64,000 nucleotides of DNA from Clostridiales bacterium DTU083 (GCA_001512915.1 LFTC01000079.1:19166-83165); one strand, 5' to 3'. Positions 51,320-61,453 are shown, counted from the stretch's first letter. Notes: a model not told the origin generated them from the sequence alone. A program made the numbers and translations.

Positions 51320-52477
51320 TTACCTCCTGGTAAACCTTTCAATGCGCTTAACAGCACGCACCAGCCTGGGAATAAATTCCTCAATTTCTTCCTCAGTAGT
51401 GAGATAGGATACGCTTACACGTATAGATCCTTCCAACACTCGATCATCCACACCCATAGCTTTAAGTACATGGCTGAGTTTTCTGTCTCTGCTGGAACAT
51501 GCAGACCCGGAGCTGACATACACCCCTTCCTCTTCCAAAGCATGAAGGAGAACTTCTCCTTTGAGCCCTGGAAAGCCAATATTCAGAATATGAGGGGCAC
51601 CATTATCAATATTTCCGTTGAAAACTGCATCAGGCAAGGCCTGCTTAACTTTTTCGACAATAGTATATTTCAGCTTTCTCAAATAATCACTGTTTTCATG
51701 CAGCTGCCGGGCAATCCACTTAGCTCCTTCTCCCATACCCACTATGCCGGAAATATTCTCTGTTCCGCTGCGTAATCCGTCCTGTTGATTTCCTCCGAAC
51801 AGTATAGGCTGAATTCGTACACCGCTCCTGATATATAGGGCGCCTATACCTTTAGGGGCGTGTATTTTATGGCCGCTGACCGACAATAAATCAATTCCCC
51901 ATTGGGAAGGATATACCGGCAGCTTGCCTGCAGACTGTATTGCATCAACATGAAATACCGGCTTCCGGGGCCTGTTCGCCAGCATTACACCTATTTCCCG
52001 GATGGGTTGAATAGACCCGGTTTCATTGTTTACATGCATAACGCTTACTAGTATAGTATCCTCCCTGATGGATTTATGCAAATCATCCAAGGATATTACC
52101 CCGTCTGCATCCACAGGCAGGTAAGTTACCTCAAACCCTTGGTTTTCCAAATGCGCAAAGGCCTGCAATACCGACGGATGTTCAATGGCTGTGGTAATGC
52201 AGTGCTTTCCCCTGCGCATCCTGCTGTAAGCAGTTCCCAGCAGGGCCATATTGTTGGCCTCAGTACCTCCTGAAGTGAAAATAATTTCTTCAGGCTCTGT
52301 CTTCAACAAATCCGCCACATGACGCTTTGCGTCTTTTATCCTTTTCTCGGCACGAATGCCTAAACGGTGCATGGAGGAAGGATTGCCATAATCATTTTTC
52401 AAGCAATCAGTTACAGCTTCTACAACTTGCGGAATTACCGGAGTTGTTGCTGCATTATCCAAGTATATTTCCTTCAT
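51320..52477 (-). CDS. Cysteine desulfurase (NifS/NifZ-like, class V aminotransferase)
   Basis: MKEIYLDNAATTP..., with the PLP lysine motif SVSGHKIHAPKG and the active-site loop SSGSACSS. The preferred start is 52477; the ORF-track start is 52543. Confidence 0.9.
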   Translation of the reverse strand: MKEIYLDNAATTPVIPQVVEAVTDCLKNDYGNPSSMHRLGIRAEKRIKDAKRHVADLLKTEPEEIIFTSGGTEANNMALLGTAYSRMRRGKHCITTAIEHPSVLQAFAHLENQGFEVTYLPVDADGVISLDDLHKSIREDTILVSVMHVNNETGSIQPIREIGVMLANRPRKPVFHVDAIQSAGKLPVYPSQWGIDLLSVSGHKIHAPKGIGALYIRSGVRIQPILFGGNQQDGLRSGTENISGIVGMGEGAKWIARQLHENSDYLRKLKYTIVEKVKQALPDAVFNGNIDNGAPHILNIGFPGLKGEVLLHALEEEGVYVSSGSACSSRDRKLSHVLKAMGVDDRVLEGSIRVSVSYLTTEEEIEEFIPRLVRAVKRIERFTRR

Positions 52478-52675
52478 AGAATACTTACTCCCGTCTGGAA
52501 TATTCCTGAAATACATAGGACATTTTATCATGATTTCATGCATTATTGTACCCTTGTTCGCCGAAAATCTACAAATAACTCAACTTGGCAGGCTGTACAG
52601 GAAGGAAATCCCGCTTTGATTGCGAATTATTATAATAAATTGGTGGCAGAGAAGTTCGACAGAGGGGGTCAGGTT

Positions 52676-54388
52676 ATGATTTGCCCATCTTGCGGCATGA
52701 AGAATAATTATTATCATAGATATTGTTTTAATTGCGGTACCAAACTGATCGATGACGAAGCGGAAAATATATCAATGGAAAAAGAATGGGGATACGCGGA
52801 TTATGAAGACATTGCTCCTACATGGGATGATGAACCGGATAAACCGGAAGATCAACTGGAAGTATTTGATGCCGAACTGATTGACCCGTGGGATGAAGAA
52901 GAAGATAATGAACCAGAAGATGAGACTCCGCCGGATGATGAACTTACCGATGAAGCTGAAGATACACCGGCTGATCCATCTAAAAATGATGATGCGAACG
53001 CCCTGGACTGGCATGAGCAATATGAATTATGGAAAAACAGTCTTGAGCCTCAGACTGATTATTATTCAGACTATCTGTTCAGCGATAATGAAGACTCGGA
53101 ATTTGACATCCAAACCCAGCTTCCTCTTCGCCGTTATAAAAAGCCGGAAAGAAAGACAGGTGCACTCAAGAAAGTCCTCAAGGCAATCGTCAGCATATTA
53201 TTAATATCCCTGATTGTGTTTTTAGGTTATGTGGGCTATGTTGAACTGATACAGAAAACAGCCGCAAACAAACCTCCGGTTATGGAAATTGATGTAGACT
53301 ACTGGGTTGAAGAAATTCAGCTGGACGGCAAGACCGGCAGAAAAATATCGGTTAAATCCTCCCTGGGCGAACAGGTTAAATTAATGGACAAAGTAGCTGC
53401 CATAACTGGCGGTAAAGCGGAAATTATATTGATGGACAATGAATTTGATATAAATGATTTTGAACAATCAGATGGATATTTGCAGGTTATACTGCCTTTG
53501 ACTGTTATGGCAGACGGCTATCCGAGCCGCACGGAAGAAGTACGATTTGAAATACCTGTCCGGTATGCTCCTCTTGAATTTGTTTCACCGGCGGACAAAG
53601 AGGCTGTAGTGGAAGGCAGCACCTATCAGCTTATGTTGAAAGTTCTGCCCGGATCAAAAATAATTATTGACGGCAACAATTACTCCCATGTTGTTGATGA
53701 GGAAGGTCTGCTTACACTGCAGCTGGAATTGCCTGATCAACCTGAGATCAGATATGAAATTCATGTTTCCGCCGATGGATACGAAGATACGTATGAGGAA
53801 GTAGTATTTAAGAGAAAGCAGATGGAATTCGCTTTGTCCATAGATCAGGAAATTCCAATACAGGCATCGGAAAATACATGGGTAGAAATTACCGGCATCA
53901 CGCATCCGGAAGCAAAACTTTCCGCTAATTTGGAAGTACGCGATGACGTCACGGTTGACTCCGAAACCGGAAACTTTGCCATGCATGTTAAAGCGCCAAG
54001 TAAAGGCTATACCCCGCTGATTCTCACTGCAGAATTGGAGGGCAAGGAAGATTCGGTGTTGGAAGCAGTTATTCACCGGCCTGTCAGCGAATATGAATAT
54101 ACCCATTCGGCCTGGGCTTTTGACTACAATAATCTTAAAACTTATCCAGACCTGCATAACGGCGTTGCATTCGTGTTTTCAGGAACTGTAAACAAGGTAG
54201 AGTCTACCGGCTTGAAAACTATTCTCCTGGTGGATACAGCCAGCCAGGGTCAAAGCGAACAGCTGGTACATGTAGAGTATTGGGGAACAATCAGCGCAAG
54301 CCCGGGCCAGAAAGTCCGCATCTTTGGAAACCGCTGGGGAAACAAGGGTGATTATCCCTTTGTAATTGCTTCTTATGTATATAAATAA
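52676..54388 (+). CDS. Zinc-ribbon / acidic linker / single-TM protein with a large beta-rich extracytoplasmic region
   Basis: The ATG at 52676 has a GAGGGGG RBS. The N-terminus is MICPSCGMKNNYYHRYCFNCGTKL (CxxC...CxxC), followed by about 100 aa of Asp/Glu-rich sequence, a TM segment (ILLISLIVFLGYVGYV), and about 370 aa of unknown fold. The first 103 codons of the ORF-track ORF overlap the desulfurase gene on the other strand and were discarded. Confidence 0.7.
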   Translation: MICPSCGMKNNYYHRYCFNCGTKLIDDEAENISMEKEWGYADYEDIAPTWDDEPDKPEDQLEVFDAELIDPWDEEEDNEPEDETPPDDELTDEAEDTPADPSKNDDANALDWHEQYELWKNSLEPQTDYYSDYLFSDNEDSEFDIQTQLPLRRYKKPERKTGALKKVLKAIVSILLISLIVFLGYVGYVELIQKTAANKPPVMEIDVDYWVEEIQLDGKTGRKISVKSSLGEQVKLMDKVAAITGGKAEIILMDNEFDINDFEQSDGYLQVILPLTVMADGYPSRTEEVRFEIPVRYAPLEFVSPADKEAVVEGSTYQLMLKVLPGSKIIIDGNNYSHVVDEEGLLTLQLELPDQPEIRYEIHVSADGYEDTYEEVVFKRKQMEFALSIDQEIPIQASENTWVEITGITHPEAKLSANLEVRDDVTVDSETGNFAMHVKAPSKGYTPLILTAELEGKEDSVLEAVIHRPVSEYEYTHSAWAFDYNNLKTYPDLHNGVAFVFSGTVNKVESTGLKTILLVDTASQGQSEQLVHVEYWGTISASPGQKVRIFGNRWGNKGDYPFVIASYVYK

Positions 54389-54405
54389 TTCGTTTAAAAA
54401 AATTT

Positions 54406-54437
54406 AACCCGGATAACTCGATTGAGTTGTCCGGGTT
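54406..54437. terminator. Bidirectional terminator between convergent genes
   Basis: AACCCGGATAACTC-gatt-GAGTTGTCCGGGTT, with an A-run on the left and a T-rich right flank. Confidence 0.7.
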
Positions 54438-54442
54438 TAGAT

Positions 54443-56314
54443 TTATTCCTTACACAGCCAATCCAGGCCTAAATCATACATGGTTGCTTCAAGCGGCCTG
54501 CCCTGTTCATCCCAGCCCATCATCTGATAGTAAAATCTTATCATCTCGTGGAACTTTTCCTTATCCAGTTTAGTACCCTTCAGCCTGCCGGCATCTATTT
54601 CCTGCTCAAAGAATCTGTCAGGCAGAGTATCCTGTCCGGCTGTTATTCCTTCCCTCAGATTATACCATCTGAACAACTGATTTCTCATATTGCCCAGCCG
54701 CATTATCTCATAAGAGGATGTTTCAAAACCGGTGATATTATGATACAGCTCTGCCATTTCCGCCAGGCTGTAAACCCTTGTCGGCGCTGAAGCAAATATG
54801 CACATGCCCAGGCTGTCAACCGCCGACCATAAGTCATTCAAAGCCTTATACATACCTACTTTTTCTTTGCCCAAATAGTTCATGGGAATCCTGTCCAATA
54901 TGCCCAAAGTACGGCAGTAATTCAGTGTATGGTCCCAGCCCACTTCGGTATCAAAATCCCAGTCATGTTCGCAGATCTCATATCTAGGCCCGGTTGCAGA
55001 TACTGCAAAACCAAGTGCCAGGTTGGTCTGAGAGCGGGCTTCAAAAGGCGTCATTTCGTTCTTTTTCACTGTCATGCTGAATTTCTCCGCGCCTTTGCCG
55101 ATTTGCTGCGCTGCCCTCCAGCTTCCTTCTGCAAGCAGATCTCCAAGACCTTCTCTTCTGGCTATCTTCTCTATGATTCCAACCAAGTCAACATCTTTTG
55201 AAAAACTCAGATTAAGCCCTTCGCTGTCAATCAGGCCGTTTTGCACACATTCCTGCGCAAAAGATATGGTAAAGCCAAGGGAATTAGGATCCATTCCATA
55301 TTCATTGCATAAGACATTTGCCTTTATTATCTTTTCTACATCCGGATTACCCAGGTTAGGCCCGAAAGCACCCAGCGCTTCCTGATGCAGTCCTCCTGCC
55401 AGTTCATTATCCCCTTCGGTTGCATATCGCTTTATGCAATTATTAGGACAACCGGGACAAGGAGCCTCTCCCTCATAAAATGGGTCAAATTTTTCAGGTG
55501 TATATTCATCTGTATAGTTGCATACAGAGGTTTGATAATTGTTCACGCATAATGCAGCATCTATGCCATGGGTATGTATCCATACGCCAAATCCCGGCCG
55601 GTTATGCTGCCACATAGAAAGCACATTATTGCGCATCTTTTCTTCAAACCATTTGTTGGTTTCCTCTATCTTATCAGGGGCATATGTATCCGGCAGCCTT
55701 CCCCCTCTTAACACAACAGCTTTCAGATTTTTGGAACCCATTACTGCACCCATGCCAGCCCTTGATGCCTGATGGGTATTGTTGCAGATTACATTTGCAA
55801 ACCGTACCAGGTTCTCTCCCGCTATCCCAATGATAGCAGTATCTGAACCGGGATATCTGGATTGAATTATCTTTTCGCACTCGCTTACATTCCTGCCCCA
55901 CAGTTCCTCTGCCGGTTCTATTAAGTATTCGCCATTGTCTATAACCAAAATGGAGGGCTTCTCGCATGCACCTTTAATGATAATCCCATCATATCCTGTT
56001 TTCTTTAAGGCAACCGCAAAAGGCCCTTCACATATGGCCTCGCCTATGCCGCCAGTCTGCGGTGATTTGCCGCATATTACAAACCTGGCCAGCCCGGGTG
56101 CGTTAAATCCGCTCATAATGCCGGCAAAAAACATCAGGTAACTTCTTGGATCAAATGCATCCAAGCCCGCAGGGGTTTCCTTCAGCAAATATGTTACAGC
56201 CATGACAGAACTGCCCGTATATCTCCTATAGAAATTCTCGCCAGGCGTTTCTACTTTAAATGTTTGGCTGCCCAGATCCACATGCAGTATTTTCCCATGG
56301 TAACCATAACTCAT
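54443..56314 (-). CDS. aor: Aldehyde:ferredoxin oxidoreductase family (tungstopterin) enzyme
   Basis: 623-aa ORF (MSYGYHGKILHVDLGSQTFKVE...) with the [4Fe-4S] ligand cluster CPGCPNNC and AOR N- and C-domain organisation. Confidence 0.88.
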   Translation of the reverse strand: MSYGYHGKILHVDLGSQTFKVETPGENFYRRYTGSSVMAVTYLLKETPAGLDAFDPRSYLMFFAGIMSGFNAPGLARFVICGKSPQTGGIGEAICEGPFAVALKKTGYDGIIIKGACEKPSILVIDNGEYLIEPAEELWGRNVSECEKIIQSRYPGSDTAIIGIAGENLVRFANVICNNTHQASRAGMGAVMGSKNLKAVVLRGGRLPDTYAPDKIEETNKWFEEKMRNNVLSMWQHNRPGFGVWIHTHGIDAALCVNNYQTSVCNYTDEYTPEKFDPFYEGEAPCPGCPNNCIKRYATEGDNELAGGLHQEALGAFGPNLGNPDVEKIIKANVLCNEYGMDPNSLGFTISFAQECVQNGLIDSEGLNLSFSKDVDLVGIIEKIARREGLGDLLAEGSWRAAQQIGKGAEKFSMTVKKNEMTPFEARSQTNLALGFAVSATGPRYEICEHDWDFDTEVGWDHTLNYCRTLGILDRIPMNYLGKEKVGMYKALNDLWSAVDSLGMCIFASAPTRVYSLAEMAELYHNITGFETSSYEIMRLGNMRNQLFRWYNLREGITAGQDTLPDRFFEQEIDAGRLKGTKLDKEKFHEMIRFYYQMMGWDEQGRPLEATMYDLGLDWLCKE

Positions 56315-56361
56315 TTATGATTCCTCCTTGGTTTAATAATCGAAAAATAAATGCGACCTTC

Positions 56362-56379
56362 AGAATTGACTGAGAATTG
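56362..56379. promoter_or_regulatory. Direct repeat AGAATTG-N4-AGAATTG (11-bp phasing) in the aor leader
   Basis: Exact 7-mer at 56362-56368 and again at 56373-56379, immediately downstream of the predicted -10. This is an operator-like position. Confidence 0.3.
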
Positions 56380-56386
56380 CGTTTCA

Positions 56387-56415
56387 ATTATATTATAGTA
56401 AATGAAATGTGTCAA
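56387..56415 (-). promoter_or_regulatory. Consensus sigma-A promoter for aor
   Basis: On the minus strand: TTGACA (56415-56410), 17 nt, TATAAT (56392-56387). Confidence 0.6.
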
Positions 56416-56453
56416 ATTGGCTGTTCAGTAATAATTTGTTTATGCAACTCTAT

Positions 56454-56486
56454 AAAAAACCCAGGCAAACTATAATGCCTGGGTTT
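56454..56486 (-). terminator. Rho-independent terminator after htrA
   Basis: ACCCAGGC...GCCTGGGT hairpin, followed on the minus strand by UUUUUUAUAG. Confidence 0.8.
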
Positions 56487-56504
56487 CACTTTGATTCCTA
56501 TTGC

Positions 56505-57710
56505 TTATTCGTATACATCCATGCCGCCAAGTTTGACTTTCAAAACAAATTCATTTTCATTTCTCCACAGTTTAATATCCACAACTTCGCCCACCTTGCT
56601 TTTTTCTATAAATGCTTTTAATTGTTGTGATGTTTCTACTTTCTGATCGTTATAACCTATAATCACGTCTCCAGGTTTTAATCCTGCTTCAGCAGCAGGA
56701 CTGTCTTTTTCAATATCTGTAATCAGCACTCCTACAGGATAACCGTATTCCCTTGAAATAGCTTCGGTTACATCAAGAATATATACTCCCAGCCAGGGCT
56801 TTTGCGGATAAGTTACCTTGCCGGTTTTAATTATTTCTTCAGCAATGGGCTTGAAAATGTTTGAAGGTATAGCAAAGCCCAAACCCTCCACCAGTTCACC
56901 TCCAAACTTAATTGTATTCATGCCGATAACTTCACCGTTCATGTTAACCAAAGCACCGCCGCTGTTACCCTGGTTGATTGCTGCATCTGTCTGTATCAGT
57001 TCCATGGTTCTTCCATCGTTCAGCTGCAATTCCCGGCTGGCAGCACTTACCACGCCGAAGCTTATCGTACCGGCCAGCTCATGCCCCAGAGGATTGCCTA
57101 TAGCAATGACAAAATCGCCCTTGCGAACCTTATCGGAATCTCCAATCTTGGCCACGGTCAAATCATCATGTTCTATCTTTAATACGGCAATGTCACTCTG
57201 AGGATCCGAACCTACCAGTTCTGCTTCAACCGTTTTCCCATCGGACAGGATAACAAACAACTCTTTAGCACCGTCAATTACATGGTGGTTGGTAAGAATA
57301 TGCCCTTCCTTGCTTATAATGATTCCCGAGCCGGTTCCTTCAATATTTTTCTTTACCATGGAAAAGAAGAAATCCTGTACCAAAACTTCTCTTCTGTTGG
57401 TAATGCCCACTACTGCTTTATCAACTTTTTCAGCAATATCTGCCACGGGGTTATCCCGGTCAATGTAGAGATCTTCATTGCTGCCAATAATGCTGCCCGA
57501 ATCATCTGCTTCCGGCTGTCCGCCGGCAATGCTTCCGTTACCCTGGCTGCCCGGCTGATTATCTGCCAGGCTCCTGCCTGTCAAGTATGGTAATACGGTG
57601 TACATAGCCAAGGCGCCTATTAAAGTAAATATGATCGCCACTAGTATATAATTTCTTATTCTGCTCTTCCTTTGATATCTTTCCTCATCAAATTCATAGA
57701 ATTCCCTCAT
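56505..57710 (-). CDS. htrA: HtrA/DegP-family serine protease with PDZ domain
   Basis: N-terminal TM segment, catalytic His (TNHHVI), Asp (DIAVLK) and Ser (GNSGGAL), and a C-terminal PDZ domain. Confidence 0.9.
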   Translation of the reverse strand: MREFYEFDEERYQRKSRIRNYILVAIIFTLIGALAMYTVLPYLTGRSLADNQPGSQGNGSIAGGQPEADDSGSIIGSNEDLYIDRDNPVADIAEKVDKAVVGITNRREVLVQDFFFSMVKKNIEGTGSGIIISKEGHILTNHHVIDGAKELFVILSDGKTVEAELVGSDPQSDIAVLKIEHDDLTVAKIGDSDKVRKGDFVIAIGNPLGHELAGTISFGVVSAASRELQLNDGRTMELIQTDAAINQGNSGGALVNMNGEVIGMNTIKFGGELVEGLGFAIPSNIFKPIAEEIIKTGKVTYPQKPWLGVYILDVTEAISREYGYPVGVLITDIEKDSPAAEAGLKPGDVIIGYNDQKVETSQQLKAFIEKSKVGEVVDIKLWRNENEFVLKVKLGGMDVYE

Positions 57711-57802
57711 TACATTTACACCTCCATAGATAGAGCCATACTGCTTTGCTTAATTCAATTCTACAATGGTTTTTTGAATAAAATATGAACTGGGTGTAAA
57801 TA

Positions 57803-59230
57803 TTATTTTTTCTTTACTGATTTGAGGGAAAAGATAAAAGCGGAACCTTTGCCTTCTTCACTGTTAAGCCATATGTTCTGGCCATGGCCTTCTATGATTT
57901 TCTTTACAATGGACAGCCCAAGACCGGTGCCGCCTTTTTCTCTGCTTCTGGACTTATCTATCTGATAAAAAGGCTCCCAGATATGGGCCATCTCTTCTTC
58001 CGGTATTCCTGGTCCCTGGTCTGCAATCTTAACATACACGGTATCTTTATGCTGCCAGGTTTTCAATGTTATCAGACCGCCTTCCCGGTTGAATTTGATA
58101 GCATTATCCAGCAGATTGATTATTACCTGTTTTATACGGTCAGGATCTCCTTCTGCCAACAGAACCTCCTGATCAAACTCCACCTGGACATCCATGCCCT
58201 TCTCATTAATCCGTTCTTCGCAGGCAATCAGTACTCTGCGGATAGTTTCGTTTATATCCAATGTTTTTATATCCATGGAAAACTGCCCTGTTTGAATTTG
58301 AGACAGGTCCAGAAGATCGTTGATCAGACGGTTCATCCTGTCCGTTTCCTCCAAAGCAACAGCCAGGTATTTATCCTGTTCTTCCCTGCTGATGGTATGA
58401 TCCAATACGCCCTGTATATAGCCCCGCATCGAGGTTAGAGGAGATTTCAGCTCATGGGACACATTTGCTACAAAACTTCTTCTCATTAATTCCAGCTTTT
58501 CCAATGAATCCGCCATGGCATTGAAGCTCATGGCCAATTGCCCAATTTCATCCTTTGTTTTTACCTTTACACGCCTTTTGAAATTACCCCTGGCAATTTC
58601 CCTGGAAACGATGTTGATTTCAATAAGAGGATTGGTGATCAAGCGGGTGATAAAATAGGATATTATTATGGAGAGAACAGAAGATATAATTGCCGAACGC
58701 CAAAAGCTGATGTAAGTATCCCTCAGGGTACGGTTAATGCCTTTTATGGGAGAATGGAGGAAAATTGTCCCCCCTATCTTATCATTGATTTTAAGGGGCA
58801 TCCCCACAGTCAGCACAGGTGTAGGAAAGCTTTCGCCAAACCTGCCTACCCGCGTGATGGTATTGCCCTGCAGCACCTGCACAAATTCATCCACCGTGAG
58901 TTTTTGATTCTCCCATTCTACCGAATCCAGCTGGGACGAATTATGGCTGCTCCAAATATTCCCCCTGGCGTCTGTTACCCAGATAGTCACTCCTAGAAAA
59001 CGGTCAATTACCTGGTATTGATAGTGCAGGGTTCGGCTGTCTATAAGGTCTGACAAATAGTATTCGATGTACTGGGATATGGCTTTGCCTTCCCGTATTA
59101 ATTCCTCCGTACGGGTTTCCATTAAATAATTCTGAAAAAATGAATACAGCAGGACACCCAAAATAGCAAGAGCAGACAGAATAATTACAAGGTATGATGC
59201 CATCTGCCTGACAAACAGTGATCGGAACAT
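57803..59230 (-). CDS. Sensor histidine kinase (two TM segments, HAMP, HisKA, HATPase_c)
   Basis: H-box SHELKSPLT, N-box NLLDNAIKF, and G-boxes DQGPGI and GGTGLGLSI. Confidence 0.9.
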   Translation of the reverse strand: MFRSLFVRQMASYLVIILSALAILGVLLYSFFQNYLMETRTEELIREGKAISQYIEYYLSDLIDSRTLHYQYQVIDRFLGVTIWVTDARGNIWSSHNSSQLDSVEWENQKLTVDEFVQVLQGNTITRVGRFGESFPTPVLTVGMPLKINDKIGGTIFLHSPIKGINRTLRDTYISFWRSAIISSVLSIIISYFITRLITNPLIEINIVSREIARGNFKRRVKVKTKDEIGQLAMSFNAMADSLEKLELMRRSFVANVSHELKSPLTSMRGYIQGVLDHTISREEQDKYLAVALEETDRMNRLINDLLDLSQIQTGQFSMDIKTLDINETIRRVLIACEERINEKGMDVQVEFDQEVLLAEGDPDRIKQVIINLLDNAIKFNREGGLITLKTWQHKDTVYVKIADQGPGIPEEEMAHIWEPFYQIDKSRSREKGGTGLGLSIVKKIIEGHGQNIWLNSEEGKGSAFIFSLKSVKKK

Positions 59231-59914
59231 CTACTTCACCTCAAATTTGTAACCTACACCCCACACGGTTTTTATCTGCCAGTTGTTGTTTTCGTTGTCC
59301 AGTTTTTCACGAATGCGCTTTATATGCACATCCACTGTTCTTGAATCACCGTAAAAGTCAAATCCCCAGACATGTTCCAGCAGCTGTTCGCGGGTAAAGA
59401 CCTTGTTGGGGTGAGAAGCCAGGAAATACAAGAGTTCCAGTTCTTTAGGCGGAAATTCCAGTTCCTTGCCGCGCAAAGTAACCGTATAATTCGTCAGGTT
59501 CACCGTAAGCCCCGGAAAAGACACTTCTTTGCCCAAGTCCCGGGCCGGCCTGTTTCTCCTAAGCACGGCCTTGACCCTGGCTACCAGCTCTTTTGGATCG
59601 AAAGGTTTTACTATGTAGTCATCAGCACCCAGTTCCAAACCCAGTACCTTGTCAAAGGTTTCCCCCTTGGCGGTAAGCATGATTATGGGCACATCGCTTA
59701 TCTTTCGGATTTCACGGCATATCTCCCAACCGTCAATGCCAGGCAGCATCAGATCCAGTACAACCAAATCCGGCGGATTCTGATGAAAGGCTTCTAAAGC
59801 TTGCTGGCCGTCTTGAAAGGGTTCCACCCGGAACCCTTCCTTCTCCAAATACAATTTGACCAGCTGATTTATGTTAAAATCATCATCCACAACCATTATG
59901 CGGTAACTATACAT
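59231..59914 (-). CDS. OmpR/PhoB-family response regulator
   Basis: Receiver domain (VVDDD...DLVVLDLMLPG) plus a winged-helix C-terminus (TVWGVGYKF). Confidence 0.92.
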   Translation of the reverse strand: MYSYRIMVVDDDFNINQLVKLYLEKEGFRVEPFQDGQQALEAFHQNPPDLVVLDLMLPGIDGWEICREIRKISDVPIIMLTAKGETFDKVLGLELGADDYIVKPFDPKELVARVKAVLRRNRPARDLGKEVSFPGLTVNLTNYTVTLRGKELEFPPKELELLYFLASHPNKVFTREQLLEHVWGFDFYGDSRTVDVHIKRIREKLDNENNNWQIKTVWGVGYKFEVK

Positions 59915-59935
59915 CTTTTTCTCGCTCCCTCAGGA

Positions 59936-61453
59936 TTAAAGCAGCTTTCGATACAAATCTTTCAGGGCAGGATAGAGGCTTTTGTAAACCTCATAGAATT
60001 TTTCATACACAGGTATGTTTTCTTTTATGGGATCCTGAACTGAAACCACCTGTATAGCCCTGTCACAGGCTTCTTTCACATCCTTATATATGCCTGCTCC
60101 TACACCCGCCAATAAAGCTGCACCCATGGCAGGACCTTCCTTGGAATTTATAACTGCAATAGGTGTCTGGAATATGTCGGCCTGCATCTGCCTCCATAGA
60201 GGACTTCTGCCGCCGCCCCCTGATGCTCTCACTTCCTGGACGGGCACCTGCATATCGCGGATAATCTCCAGACAATCCCGCAAGCTGTAAGCTACACCTT
60301 CCATGACAGCACGAATCATGTCACATCTGTCATGTTTTGCTGTCAAACCAAAGAACACTCCTCTTGCATAGGGATCCAGATGAGGCGCCCTTTCACCCAT
60401 CAGATAGGGCAGATAGATCAGACCATTACAGCCCGGCTCTGCTTTTTCTGCCTGTTTATCCATTAATACATAAGGATCTATTCCCATAAAAACAGCCAGT
60501 TCTTTTTCCATCCCGCCAAAATTGTTTCTCAACCACTGCAAAGAAAGCCCGGCTCCCTGGGTTACCCCCATAACATGCCAGGTGTTCGGGATGGCATGGC
60601 AGAATGTCTGGGTTCTTCCCAAGGGATCCATCTTCACCTCATCCATGGAGGCGAATACTACACCGGATGTGCCGATAGTGGAGGATATTACTCCAGGCTG
60701 TATGATACCATTGCCCACAGCACCTGCTGCCTGGTCACCGCCGCCCCCTGCTACAGGAGTGCCTTCCTTAAGCCCTGTAAGCCGAGCGGCTTCTGCTGAA
60801 ACGGTGCCGCTGATCTCATGGGATTCATAAACCTCAGGCATCCAATCCATGGAAAAACCCAGCCTGTCCAGTAGCTCTTCGCTCCACCTGCGGTTAGGAA
60901 CATCGAGAAACTGGGTGCCGCTGGCATCTGATACTTCAGTAGCAAATACACCGGTAAGCTTGTAGCGTATATAGTCCTTAGGCAGCAAAATTTTGTCAAT
61001 TTGCTTAAATATATCAGGCTGATGATTCTTAACCCACATTACTTTGGATGCAGTAAACCCGGTAAGGGCTGGGTTTGCCGTTATTTCAAACAATCTTTCC
61101 CTGCCGACCAGTTCTGTAATCTGGTCGCATTCGGCCTGGGTTCTCTGATCACACCAAATAATGGATGAACGGAGCACATTGCCTGACTCATCGAGCAGGA
61201 CCATGCCGTGCATCTGGCCGGTCAATCCCACGCCTTTTATATCCGACGGATTGACTCCGCTGGTTTTGATTACACGGGCAATAGTATCCACAACTGCATT
61301 CCACCAGTCATGGGGATCCTGCTCAGCCCAGCCGATGTGAGGCTGATGCAATGGGTATTCCGATGTCGCGCTGGTTATGGTATTACCCGCATCATCGAAA
61401 AGAACAGTTTTTGTACCGGAAGTGCCTACATCGATTCCCAGTAAATAGTTCAT
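59936..61453 (-). CDS. xylB: Xylulokinase (FGGY carbohydrate kinase)
   Basis: 505-aa ORF (MNYLLGIDVGTSGTKTVLF...GWAEQDPHDWW) with typical XylB length and motifs. Confidence 0.82.
   Translation of the reverse strand: MNYLLGIDVGTSGTKTVLFDDAGNTITSATSEYPLHQPHIGWAEQDPHDWWNAVVDTIARVIKTSGVNPSDIKGVGLTGQMHGMVLLDESGNVLRSSIIWCDQRTQAECDQITELVGRERLFEITANPALTGFTASKVMWVKNHQPDIFKQIDKILLPKDYIRYKLTGVFATEVSDASGTQFLDVPNRRWSEELLDRLGFSMDWMPEVYESHEISGTVSAEAARLTGLKEGTPVAGGGGDQAAGAVGNGIIQPGVISSTIGTSGVVFASMDEVKMDPLGRTQTFCHAIPNTWHVMGVTQGAGLSLQWLRNNFGGMEKELAVFMGIDPYVLMDKQAEKAEPGCNGLIYLPYLMGERAPHLDPYARGVFFGLTAKHDRCDMIRAVMEGVAYSLRDCLEIIRDMQVPVQEVRASGGGGRSPLWRQMQADIFQTPIAVINSKEGPAMGAALLAGVGAGIYKDVKEACDRAIQVVSVQDPIKENIPVYEKFYEVYKSLYPALKDLYRKLL

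Noticed and set aside
52367-52675. N-terminal 103 codons of the 673-aa ORF-track ORF
   Set aside because: This part overlaps the 5' end of the cysteine desulfurase gene on the opposite strand and has nonsense-like composition. An internal ATG at 52676 with a GAGGGGG RBS opens directly on a zinc-ribbon motif.
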